DNA from: a virus
DNA: 64,000 nt
Virus record (IMG/VR): IMGVR_UViG_3300031951_000093
Span: 1-64,000 of that record
Direction: 5' to 3' (one strand)
Shown here: positions 10,422-19,185 of the stretch, in pieces
Numbering within the stretch: position 1 is the first letter of the stretch
How the letters are laid out: every line of letters begins with the position of its first letter
Program-made: the position numbers and the translations under genes
The notes under the pieces: model-generated
What the model was told of the DNA's origin: nothing
What the model saw: only the letters and a program-made list of their open reading frames with translations
Databases searched by the model: none

Positions 10422-11516
10422 TCATACCAGCTCCTGCTGAACGTCATCATCAGCCCCAGAATCGACCTGTAACTCGCTGATCTCTTCATCTGTGAGGATT
10501 TGAGGGCCATCGCCGCCAGAAGCGCAACCCATGTTCCATCTCTTAACTGATGTTTCATTGCCTAATCCGCCGATCACATCTCGGAAGTTGACGGCCGGGA
10601 GCGATTCTAGGCCGTCAATCTGAAAACAGGCGCAAACATCCATCTCAAAAGCCCTGGCACCAACAGCCGACAGACACTTTGACATGGCCGCATCTAATCG
10701 ACTGCGCTGCTCCTCCGTCAGGGTGGCGTCAGAATCGGGAGCGGCACTAGAGGATGGTTGCAGCGTCGCTGGGGCCGCCGTGGGTGCTGCCTCAAGTATT
10801 GACGGCGCCGTGCCGCCTAGCGGCTGTGCGGCGGGCTCTGAAGAGTCGCCATCCGGCATTGTTTTTCCTGACATTTGTTGATAGCAACGCGACAAAAACT
10901 TTCGTGTTGCCTTGCCAATCAACTGATCAGCAGTGCTGTACTGATCAGATTTGACCGGAATAGTTGCCGCAAATGACACGGTTTTTTCTTGTATCCATGT
11001 AGCGGAACACTCTACAGTGACACCGCCAGTCGAAGACTTTGGAACTCCGATATTCAACTGAAAATCAGTGATTGGAGCTACTTTGATTAGTGCTTCAAAT
11101 CCCTCTTTAGTGCAATAGAATCTGCCTGCGATGATATTAAATTGATTGCCGACCAACTGTAATCCGCGCAGCAATGCTTCAATAGCAGCTTCTTTTACGA
11201 TCTCATACTCATAGGGAGTATTCGGCCTGTAGCTTCCGTCTCTATCTTTTTTCTTGATCTTTGGATCCCGGTCGGTTCTGAATCCGAGGGGCGAATCTTG
11301 CAGGGCAACAATTGCTGATCTGATTCCCGGATCATCGAAATATGTTCGCAGCGATTGAATTGCAATAGCAGACTTGAGAGCAGCCACAACACTTCCTGAT
11401 GTAGCATCAGAATAAACTGCAGTGGCTTCAGTGGTAGCTGATTGCAAGCCATTTAAGGCGTTATCTGAGATAGATAGCGCACCGGCTTTTGGTTTGGGAG
11501 CTAAAGAACTTGTCAT
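10422..11516 (-). CDS. hypothetical protein, possible ssDNA-annealing partner of the exonuclease
   Basis: Co-oriented upstream of the RecE-like gene; GLQLVGNQFNIIAG..Y.TKEG segment and acidic tail; function is inference. Confidence 0.4.
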   Translation of the reverse strand: MTSSLAPKPKAGALSISDNALNGLQSATTEATAVYSDATSGSVVAALKSAIAIQSLRTYFDDPGIRSAIVALQDSPLGFRTDRDPKIKKKDRDGSYRPNTPYEYEIVKEAAIEALLRGLQLVGNQFNIIAGRFYCTKEGFEALIKVAPITDFQLNIGVPKSSTGGVTVECSATWIQEKTVSFAATIPVKSDQYSTADQLIGKATRKFLSRCYQQMSGKTMPDGDSSEPAAQPLGGTAPSILEAAPTAAPATLQPSSSAAPDSDATLTEEQRSRLDAAMSKCLSAVGARAFEMDVCACFQIDGLESLPAVNFRDVIGGLGNETSVKRWNMGCASGGDGPQILTDEEISELQVDSGADDDVQQELV

Positions 11517-11652
11517 GCAAAATGAAGTAAACTGCCCTTTCGGGTGCTCTCATTTTACCGATACAGCAGCAATAAAGGGGCAGCATCTTAACAATGCTTA
11601 ACCAATAAAAAAGGGGCCGAAGCCCCCCTCCGCCTGTTCTGGCGGCAATCTA

Positions 11653-12093
11653 TCAGCCGTCGATCGGATCGGGAGCTTCGGTCTCCGAATCCTCATCGGT
11701 CGTGGGACAGGTGCCGTCAGGGCAGCCTTCCGGGGCCTGGCCCTGAGCAAGTGGCTTAAGCGTGAAGCCCTTTTTTCCCACGATGATCTCAAAGCTGTCG
11801 CCAGGATTAAAGCCGGCTTGGCGCGTATAAGCGCCGCCGATCATCAGGTTGCCATTAAATTGCACCTGAGTGCGGAATGTTAGCGATCGTCCGGGAGATT
11901 TTTTCTTCCCGCCGAGGGAAATACCCTTCGCCTCCAGCAAAGCCTCCAGAAAAGCATTCACCCTGGCTCGTTCGGTGCCATCGCCCTTTGTGGTCACATA
12001 GCCAGTCTGGCGAGCAATCTCAGTCTGGCCAAGGCCTTCATTTTCGAGCTTCTTCACTGCGGTCAACAGTTCAGATCCAGTCAATGCGCTCAT
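11653..12093 (-). CDS. cyanobacterial AbrB-like (cyAbrB) transcriptional regulator
   Basis: LTGSELL..VK, IARQTGY, FLEALLEAKG and VQFNGNLMIGGAYT...PGDSFEI match the cyAbrB family. Confidence 0.85.
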   Translation of the reverse strand: MSALTGSELLTAVKKLENEGLGQTEIARQTGYVTTKGDGTERARVNAFLEALLEAKGISLGGKKKSPGRSLTFRTQVQFNGNLMIGGAYTRQAGFNPGDSFEIIVGKKGFTLKPLAQGQAPEGCPDGTCPTTDEDSETEAPDPIDG

Positions 12094-12344
12094 GATAAAA
12101 AGTTGGGAGCGGACAATAGAATTATAGCACCGCACAAGCCATAGCGCTATTGTTTAGGCTTGCTTATATCTGATAGGCCAGGCTCGTCAGGGTCTTGGGC
12201 TGCCATGGCTTCAATGCGCTCAATTTCTTGAATGATCGGAAGCATTTCTTCCACAAAACACCAAAGATCTAAGCTGATCATCGCTGCAAAAAGCAAAGAT
12301 AATCAGCTTAGAGCAAAAGATTTTATGTTGTGAGGTTAGTCGTT

Positions 12345-13760
12345 TTAATTTTTGCGTTTTTTCTGTGACTTGATTTGTTCTGGTAATACAAGACCTTTGA
12401 TTTTGGCAATCCTTGCATTTAACCGTGCCCAATCTTCTAAATCTTTGAACTTAAAATGTCCAGTACCTTTTTTGAATAGCTTAAACTCAAAAAATCCCCA
12501 GTCATACAAGCCGCCTGGCGCAAGGCGATCAAATCCACATTCAGGTTTTTCCATTTCTTCATATTTTCGTCCGGTAATATAACAGAGCGCTTTGATCAAA
12601 TCATCTACACTTCGACCCGCATCGCTATGGCGACTAAAGCAAACCCCTGCGCCCATGATATGAGGCGTGGCTGCATCAGGTATGATAAATTTTTGACCAA
12701 ATAAATACTGTTCATTGGTTGCCCATCCCTCTACTTGCCAGCGATTATCTTTTATGTGTTTTGTTAAATTATCAAATACTGCTTCAATAGCTCGATCAAT
12801 TCGCTGATCGGTGGTCCCCGCGATAATACATAGCATTCTAAATAAATTTCTCTCTGTAAATGGCACCTGCTCTTGTTGTTCAACAAATTTGTTTATATCA
12901 CCCTGCAGTTGACTGGTAGCCTTTTCACGAGGCAGCATCTCAGCAATCACAGACTTCCAGAAGTCTTTTTGTAATTCCTTTCGGAATCGTGATCGCGAAG
13001 GCGCACATCCATCAAGAGTGATTTGAATTCCTAGCTCACCCTTGTAAATACCGCCTATTTGAGCCTGTAGTCGCACACCAGCTTCTAATTGTTGATCATA
13101 AATTTTGCAAGCCTCAACATATCTATTAACTAGATCCCTTGAGCGACGATAAGGGATAATCCCTTCTCCTTGCGCTTCTATTTCATCAGGCCCCAGAAAA
13201 AAACCTTCAAATTCATCGCCGCCAGAAGATCGCCGCCCAGGTTTTATTAAACGAACCATGCCAATCTCGCAACGAGTTGTGCGCTCGGCATTTTCAAATA
13301 CTGGCCCTAAATTTAAGCGACTTCCATAATCATTGATTAGTACGCGCAGCTCTCGACAAGCGCGAAAATTATGACGACTTTCGTTAATTGTTGACCAGTT
13401 ACATAGACTTACGATTTCACAACCGGGCGGCGCAATCTTCCAGGCGTGAAGAATATGATGCTCATCTGCGCTAAACGGCGGATTCATTGCGATCACATCC
13501 GCATGGCTAATCTGCTCTGCCTGAACCTGTAGCCAATCGCCGCCGATCAACTGGCAGCCAGGGATTGCCGCGAGGATGGCCCTTAGCCGTGGCTCAACTT
13601 CAGCCGCGAGCACGTCTGTAGCGCCGCGATCCATGGCTTCTTTCACCAGGTTGCCGCTACCTGCACTGGGCTCCACTACCGTGCGACCACGCAGATCCAG
13701 TGGATCTAGCATGGTGGCCGCTACTTCGGATGGCGTTGGGTAGAAGTCGGGGTTAAACAT
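12345..13760 (-). CDS. DNA amino-methyltransferase with DUF4942-like C-terminal domain
   Basis: DFYPTP, EPSAGSG (motif I), MNPPF (motif IV); C-terminal FFEFKLFKKGTGHFKF. Confidence 0.85.
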   Translation of the reverse strand: MFNPDFYPTPSEVAATMLDPLDLRGRTVVEPSAGSGNLVKEAMDRGATDVLAAEVEPRLRAILAAIPGCQLIGGDWLQVQAEQISHADVIAMNPPFSADEHHILHAWKIAPPGCEIVSLCNWSTINESRHNFRACRELRVLINDYGSRLNLGPVFENAERTTRCEIGMVRLIKPGRRSSGGDEFEGFFLGPDEIEAQGEGIIPYRRSRDLVNRYVEACKIYDQQLEAGVRLQAQIGGIYKGELGIQITLDGCAPSRSRFRKELQKDFWKSVIAEMLPREKATSQLQGDINKFVEQQEQVPFTERNLFRMLCIIAGTTDQRIDRAIEAVFDNLTKHIKDNRWQVEGWATNEQYLFGQKFIIPDAATPHIMGAGVCFSRHSDAGRSVDDLIKALCYITGRKYEEMEKPECGFDRLAPGGLYDWGFFEFKLFKKGTGHFKFKDLEDWARLNARIAKIKGLVLPEQIKSQKKRKN

Positions 13761-13786
13761 TGCTGATCAAGGCACCAAAACTAGAA

Positions 13787-14290
13787 TTAATTAGCCTTCC
13801 TTATCCTAACAGATTGACTTGCAATCACCCATCGACAATTGGCCATCCAAGCGTGCCTAGCGTCACTATTAAACAAAAAAACAACTCCTACGTTGATTGT
13901 TAAAACTTTATTGCTTGCAAAAAGGAAGCAGTTATCAATAGTTGTAATAGTCCGTGTTATGTTTTGCTTTGCAACAAGCACACCTAGCGAAAGGCCAAAG
14001 CTATTATCATAATGTGGCTCTACAGATCCAGCGCCATAGATATAACAAGAAGGATAGCAAAACTTGCTATTTTTGCGCTTAAATTCAAAACCATGTAGAT
14101 TGCATATTTTACGCAAACTATCTAAAATTAAATCATTTTCTTCTGGATAAGCAGTATGAACACTTCCTAAATAGTATTGCGTAGCTTGCTTTAGTAGAGT
14201 TTTATGAAAACTGTTTGTTTTAATTGTCATGTGACGTAGGACACGCGGCTTGCGACTCGAAGGCGAGCTGTCAATCATTGTGTAGTTCAT
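13787..14290 (-). CDS. 2OG-Fe(II) oxygenase/cupin-like protein, paralog 3
   Basis: YGAGSVEPHYD...FLFNSDARHAW: HxD...H triad. Confidence 0.6.
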   Translation of the reverse strand: MNYTMIDSSPSSRKPRVLRHMTIKTNSFHKTLLKQATQYYLGSVHTAYPEENDLILDSLRKICNLHGFEFKRKNSKFCYPSCYIYGAGSVEPHYDNSFGLSLGVLVAKQNITRTITTIDNCFLFASNKVLTINVGVVFLFNSDARHAWMANCRWVIASQSVRIRKAN

Positions 14291-14787
14291 TTGATTGCTT
14301 TTTTCAATGTAACACCTTGACCCACAAGTAGCCATCTACAATTGGCGACCCAAGTATGTTCTATATTAGTATTAAGCAGAAAAACATCTCCTTCTTGAAC
14401 GATGATATGTCTTCCTTGTGCAAGTAGGGTGCAACTGTTAACTTCGTCGCCAGACTGAAAATTCTTTGACAAGTCTTTCGTTGAAACAAGTGCATTTATA
14501 GTCCATCCAAGCCCGGTATCTTCATGCGGAGTAATCGAGCCTGCCCCGCAAAGATAAAAAGGGTTTGAGTAGCCGCCAACGCGATCCCTGAGCTTAGGCG
14601 TACACTCATTTAGTTCACATATTGCTTGCAGCTCAATTAAGATTGGATCTTCGCGTGATATTGGCTCAGGCCACGCAAAACCCAATCCGTATCGCGTGCT
14701 TTCTCTTAGCATTTTCCTGTGATAGCTCGTTTCATTTATATCAATACTGCCTAGAACTTGTAGATTGCGTTTTGGATGATGAGTCAT
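14287..14787 (-). CDS. 2OG-Fe(II) oxygenase/cupin-like protein, paralog 2
   Basis: CGAGSITPHED...GDVFLLNTNIEHTW. Confidence 0.6.
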   Translation of the reverse strand: MTHHPKRNLQVLGSIDINETSYHRKMLRESTRYGLGFAWPEPISREDPILIELQAICELNECTPKLRDRVGGYSNPFYLCGAGSITPHEDTGLGWTINALVSTKDLSKNFQSGDEVNSCTLLAQGRHIIVQEGDVFLLNTNIEHTWVANCRWLLVGQGVTLKKAIK

Positions 14788-14831
14788 TAAAAAAAATGCA
14801 ATGAAAAAGCAAAAGGGTTAGAGTTTGATGT

Positions 14832-15359
14832 CTATTGGGATTTGTGGTCAACAGCAGCACTTGAACGATCTGGCTTTATAACCGACTGCGTTGCAATTAG
14901 CCATTTTCTGTTAGACATCCAAGCGTGATAAATACTTGGATCAAAGATAAAAACGTCACCAATCTCAAGCTCAATAAATTCGCCTTCGGTTATCAAGGCG
15001 CAAGGGTAATTATGGACATAGGAGTCTTGCAAAAGCTCCGATAGATTTTCAACACCAACAAGCACGCAAACTTCTAGGATACTTCCGAGGTGATCTTTGT
15101 GCAAAAATACAGATCCTGCGCCATACACAAACTGATTGCTGTTAGGTTTGTTTTCAACGTCAAGACCATGGGCTTTGCATATCAGTCGAAGGCCTTGAAC
15201 AATTGCATTGTTTGCGCCTGCTGTATCAACATTTCCAAGTGTTGCTCGATTAAGCAACTGTTTTTCATAAATGCCACAGGAGACTTCAAAATGATCAATT
15301 GAACGAGCCGTAGCAATTAGATCATCAGAATAACTTGTAATTCCGTTGATGCGACTCAT
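14832..15359 (-). CDS. 2OG-Fe(II) oxygenase/cupin-like protein, paralog 1
   Basis: YGAGSVFLHKD...GDVFIFDPSIYHAW. Confidence 0.6.
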   Translation of the reverse strand: MSRINGITSYSDDLIATARSIDHFEVSCGIYEKQLLNRATLGNVDTAGANNAIVQGLRLICKAHGLDVENKPNSNQFVYGAGSVFLHKDHLGSILEVCVLVGVENLSELLQDSYVHNYPCALITEGEFIELEIGDVFIFDPSIYHAWMSNRKWLIATQSVIKPDRSSAAVDHKSQ

Positions 15360-15675
15360 GTTCTAACAGTTGAGAGGACTTGCTGATAAAGAGACTAATC
15401 TAGCGACTCTAAAAACAAGCGTGATTCATTATCGCAATATCCACCTTCGTTGTCCTCTATTGTTATTGCATAGGTTTCGTAAGCACATACAACCATGTCA
15501 CCGCAGAATCCATACCTTGCCGACAAATACTCAACGAGTTGTTGAGCTTTTTTAAGTGCTTGATTCATTGGCATTGCTATTAACTGATTGAGGCGATCTT
15601 CTGTTTTCATTGGTAGTCACCAGGGATGATAGGGATGATGTTGAAGGGGCCGCCGCAGGAGCGGCCCCACTGAAA

Positions 15676-16101
15676 TCAGGCGGCCACTACCTCCAGCAAA
15701 GCCCGCTTAGGCGCCCGCTTGGCTGGGCGGGGGCGCTTCGGGCCTGGAGCGGCAGGAGCAGGAGGGGCCGCTACGGCGGCCTTTTTGGCGTAGGTGCGTG
15801 GTTTGCGGACTGGGGCGGGGGCAGGGGCGATCATGATGGGATCAGGAGTGACGGTGGGTACTGGTGCTGGTGCTGGTGCTGGCGCTGGCGCTGGCGCTGG
15901 CGCTGGCGCAACCCCCAGAACTGCAACCCACCAGGCGGCGAGTTGATCGTTTCTGGTGTCGATCGCAATGCGCAGCTCACCGCCCAGCCAGTAGACCAGT
16001 TCAGCGGTGGTGATCGCGAGAGCAATCAGGGGTGTGATGACGCGGGCTGCAGTTTCCAGATTGCGGCCAATGTTGGCGGAGGAAAAATCAGATGGTTTCA
16101 T
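15676..16101 (-). CDS. early protein with Ala-Pro repeat and basic tail
   Basis: MKPSDF start downstream of an early promoter; (AP)n encoded by hexamer repeats near 15860-15910. Confidence 0.55.
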   Translation of the reverse strand: MKPSDFSSANIGRNLETAARVITPLIALAITTAELVYWLGGELRIAIDTRNDQLAAWWVAVLGVAPAPAPAPAPAPAPAPVPTVTPDPIMIAPAPAPVRKPRTYAKKAAVAAPPAPAAPGPKRPRPAKRAPKRALLEVVAA

Positions 16102-16193
16102 GGCGGAAAAGGGTGTGGTTTGAGTGGATGGTGGCCGGGGCCATCTCAGGGCCTCGCCGGCTGCTGAGGCTGTCTCTGTCGCCTCATGTGCCA

Positions 16194-16248
16194 ATCATAG
16201 GGTGCGTTGCCGCCAGGGGGGCGGATCTGTAACAATCTGTTGTAATTG
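16194..16248 (-). promoter_or_regulatory. early promoter (ATTACAACAGATTGTTACAG box + TATGAT -10)
   Basis: Box identical to the one at 36476-36495; GTTACA starts 34 nt before the -10. Confidence 0.7.
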
Positions 16249-17299
16249 ACCTGAGGCATGAAAAAGCCCCGAACCTGCGGGGCTGTCGTCAACGAGCTGT
16301 CGCTATTTGGCGCGGCGATGATCAAGCGCGTGCATTTCCCATCGCTCGGCATACTCATAAACTCGCTGGAGCATCTGCAGTGCTTCATCACGCTCATTGC
16401 GAGCCCGTTGCCATGCGTCGGAACGCTGAGGATAAAAATCCCTTGCATTGCAGGTTGCTGCAACTAAAGCATCAGAGGCTTGGCTAACGGCCTTGCGCAC
16501 TGCGCGATACTCAGTATATAGGCTATCTGCATCGGTTCCGTTCAGGTGGATTGTTGGAAGGGTGGTCATGGCTTGCAAGTGAGAAGGTTTGAGCGAAAGG
16601 TGGTCAAAATAAGTCAACCAAAAGAGGCCAGTTGGGCATGGAAGGGTCGTAGACCGCTTCAAGAGCCGGCTTAAGGCGCTCCGTTGTGACGCAAAACACG
16701 CCACCACCAGGGGTGGGCCAGTCGTGATAGTTCCACCCAACGGAAGTTTGAGCAAGAATCTCTTGGACGGTAGGGGTGGTCATGGCTTGCACAATAGAAG
16801 AGGTAGACCGAGGAGAATTCAAGGGTGAAGCTTGTTGTGGTTGAGCTGTAGCCAAAAAAGGAGCCAAAAAATCCTTGATGTAATCAACCGACTCGCCTTT
16901 CGAGGCGAATTGACTGTTAAAAGCCCAATGATATTGCATTAAGCCCTCAAAGGGCTTGTAATCATCTTCGCGATGAATTATCACGATCAATGTCTCAAAT
17001 CCTCTTTGACACTGAAAAATTGTGTCTCCGCTTTTTAGCCAATTGTATCTATACGCCGTAAAGGCGGGATGCCATTGAAAAAGATCAATGCACCAGCCAG
17101 CCGATGCAAGAAGGTCTTGAGCCCTTTGAATTCTATAGGAAGTGAAAGCGTCGGTCATGATAGAAGCGCAATTGAGTGCCGGTCGGATCTCTCCTCCCGA
17201 TGCACTGATCATAAGACGCAAGGCCAGCGCACGGGATTAACCTGTCGCAATTCGTCACAAAGCCCACTCAATGCGCTAAACTGCTTAGGCCGATACCAA

Positions 17300-17620
17300 A
17301 TGGCCATGACTGACTCCCTGCCGTTCGACGCCACCGACACCCCTGATCTGACTGATGATCGCGTGTCTGATGTGATGACACAACTTGATGAATGTGAATT
17401 TTCGGCGGATGAATATCACAAGCTTGTGGAAACAATTCTGATGTCTTTGGCTGTTAGCTATGAAGACTCTGTTTCTCAAGAAATGGAGCGCGAGGAAGTT
17501 ATGTTTTTAACTTCAATGGCAACACGGTTTCAAGGCGCTTATGAATTGATTCATATTGGAGATGACGACGAAGACGATGAAGATGGCGACAATGATGACG
17601 ATTTTGAAGATGATGATTGA
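17300..17620 (+). CDS. highly acidic small protein
   Basis: D/E-rich throughout with a poly-D/E tail; followed by a terminator at about 17646-17670. Confidence 0.65.
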   Translation: MAMTDSLPFDATDTPDLTDDRVSDVMTQLDECEFSADEYHKLVETILMSLAVSYEDSVSQEMEREEVMFLTSMATRFQGAYELIHIGDDDEDDEDGDNDDDFEDDD

Positions 17621-18204
17621 TTGCATCTAGCCAATTCGCAAGACAAGGCTGATAATTGTCAGCCTTTTTTATCGCTTGGGCATATATGAGTGAAGTTGGT
17701 TAATTAATGTCTTTAAGTCATCTTCTGAAAGCGTATCAACAGAATGACCAACTTGTTGCAGCCTGAATCTAGCAGCAACTTGCAATCGCCTCATTTGAAT
17801 AGCTTTTTCAATTTCTTGCTTTTCTTCTTCGGTTGGAATCCACGCAAAAACATGACTCCATGGATCACGACTGCTTCCTCTTAATTCACCATTTGACTTA
17901 TTAAATACATGCTTTTCTGTAGCAAACGTTGCCTTGGTTACTTTTGTAACCTCAAGAAGCATGATTGAAGTGCGATCAGTAACAGCAATAATGTCGCCGA
18001 TTTTTATGTTTTGAAAGTTTTGGTTTTTCGTTGATTGAAGTAAATTCATGGAAATAGAAAGGGCTAAACTGCTTACCCTTTCTTGGATCATAGCGCAGAG
18101 CAAAACAACCAGCGCCGTGCTGATGTAAAACTTTACAATTGTAATTGCGTCAAAACACAAAAAAGCCCGGACTTGCCGGGCTTGATTACAATTGCGTGAG
18201 CTGA

Positions 18205-19185
18205 TCAATTCACCCCACATAACTGCAGAGCGCTGGCCCTGGCTCGTTCGACCACGCGGCTACCCTGCCCCCAGGTGGCAGATTGAAAGCGGGTGGACAG
18301 CTTGCCATCGCGCAAGCTGGTTTCGACTTCCGTCACAGCGTTATATCCGCCCCATACGGTATTCTGAACGCCATCAAAATGTGTCCCATATCCACCAGCA
18401 TAAGCATTACGCAGTTTTTCCCACTTGCGAGGAGAATCTTCAATCGTGCCATGCCTGATACCTTCAGGAGTTGCAACAGATGGCAAGTTATAAAGATGAC
18501 CAAGCCATGTTTTATAACTTTCAAAATCCATTGGTGTTTCCGCCATGCGCTTATATTCTTCTACGTGCTTACCAAATGTTTGACGAGCAACGTCGATATT
18601 GCGCATAATTTCATCAATTTGTGCAATACCAATTTTTGTATGATTGACGGAAAACTGCTTGCCAGTTCGTGCGCCATCTGCCTGGGCAAAGCCTAAAGTA
18701 TTTTGACAAACAACACGAATATCTGTAAACATTCCGCCAAATGATGTCATTCCATCATGGCCAAGATAACCAACAAAATTACGATGAATTTTGTCACCTT
18801 CAACAATACTTGCATCAGTACCAAGAATTTTGCCGGTAAAGGCAATCTTGGCGCCTTTTTTAAGTACAACCACCGTATCCATAATGATGTCATCACGAAG
18901 CATTTCAGCCAATTGGCATAATGTTTCGTTTTGGATCAATTCATACTGCGGCGAAACAGTGCCCAAAACTTCATTATTGTCCATACGACAAACAGCAACA
19001 CGTTGGTCAATTTGCTGATAAACGTCTTCGTTCTTAACAAATAGCGGACGCTTTTCGACTTCAAACAATGCGCCAGCGCGAGTGAAAGCCTCGCGAGCCG
19101 GCAAAGTGCCTTCAATGACTTCGCCGAGACCGTGCCAGGCACGCTCGCCATTCATCATGATGCCGGAGTGAAAGTTGTGAGCCAT
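18205..19185 (-). CDS. DUF932 / phage-plasmid LGT family protein
   Basis: MAHNF..AWHGLG, YELIQN, IRVVCQNT and TVWGGYNAVTE motifs. Confidence 0.85.
   Translation of the reverse strand: MAHNFHSGIMMNGERAWHGLGEVIEGTLPAREAFTRAGALFEVEKRPLFVKNEDVYQQIDQRVAVCRMDNNEVLGTVSPQYELIQNETLCQLAEMLRDDIIMDTVVVLKKGAKIAFTGKILGTDASIVEGDKIHRNFVGYLGHDGMTSFGGMFTDIRVVCQNTLGFAQADGARTGKQFSVNHTKIGIAQIDEIMRNIDVARQTFGKHVEEYKRMAETPMDFESYKTWLGHLYNLPSVATPEGIRHGTIEDSPRKWEKLRNAYAGGYGTHFDGVQNTVWGGYNAVTEVETSLRDGKLSTRFQSATWGQGSRVVERARASALQLCGVN

Noticed and set aside
15610-16167. Plus-strand Trp-Arg/Trp-Cys repeat ORF
   Set aside because: Shadow of the minus-strand Ala-Pro repeat gene, which has promoter support.
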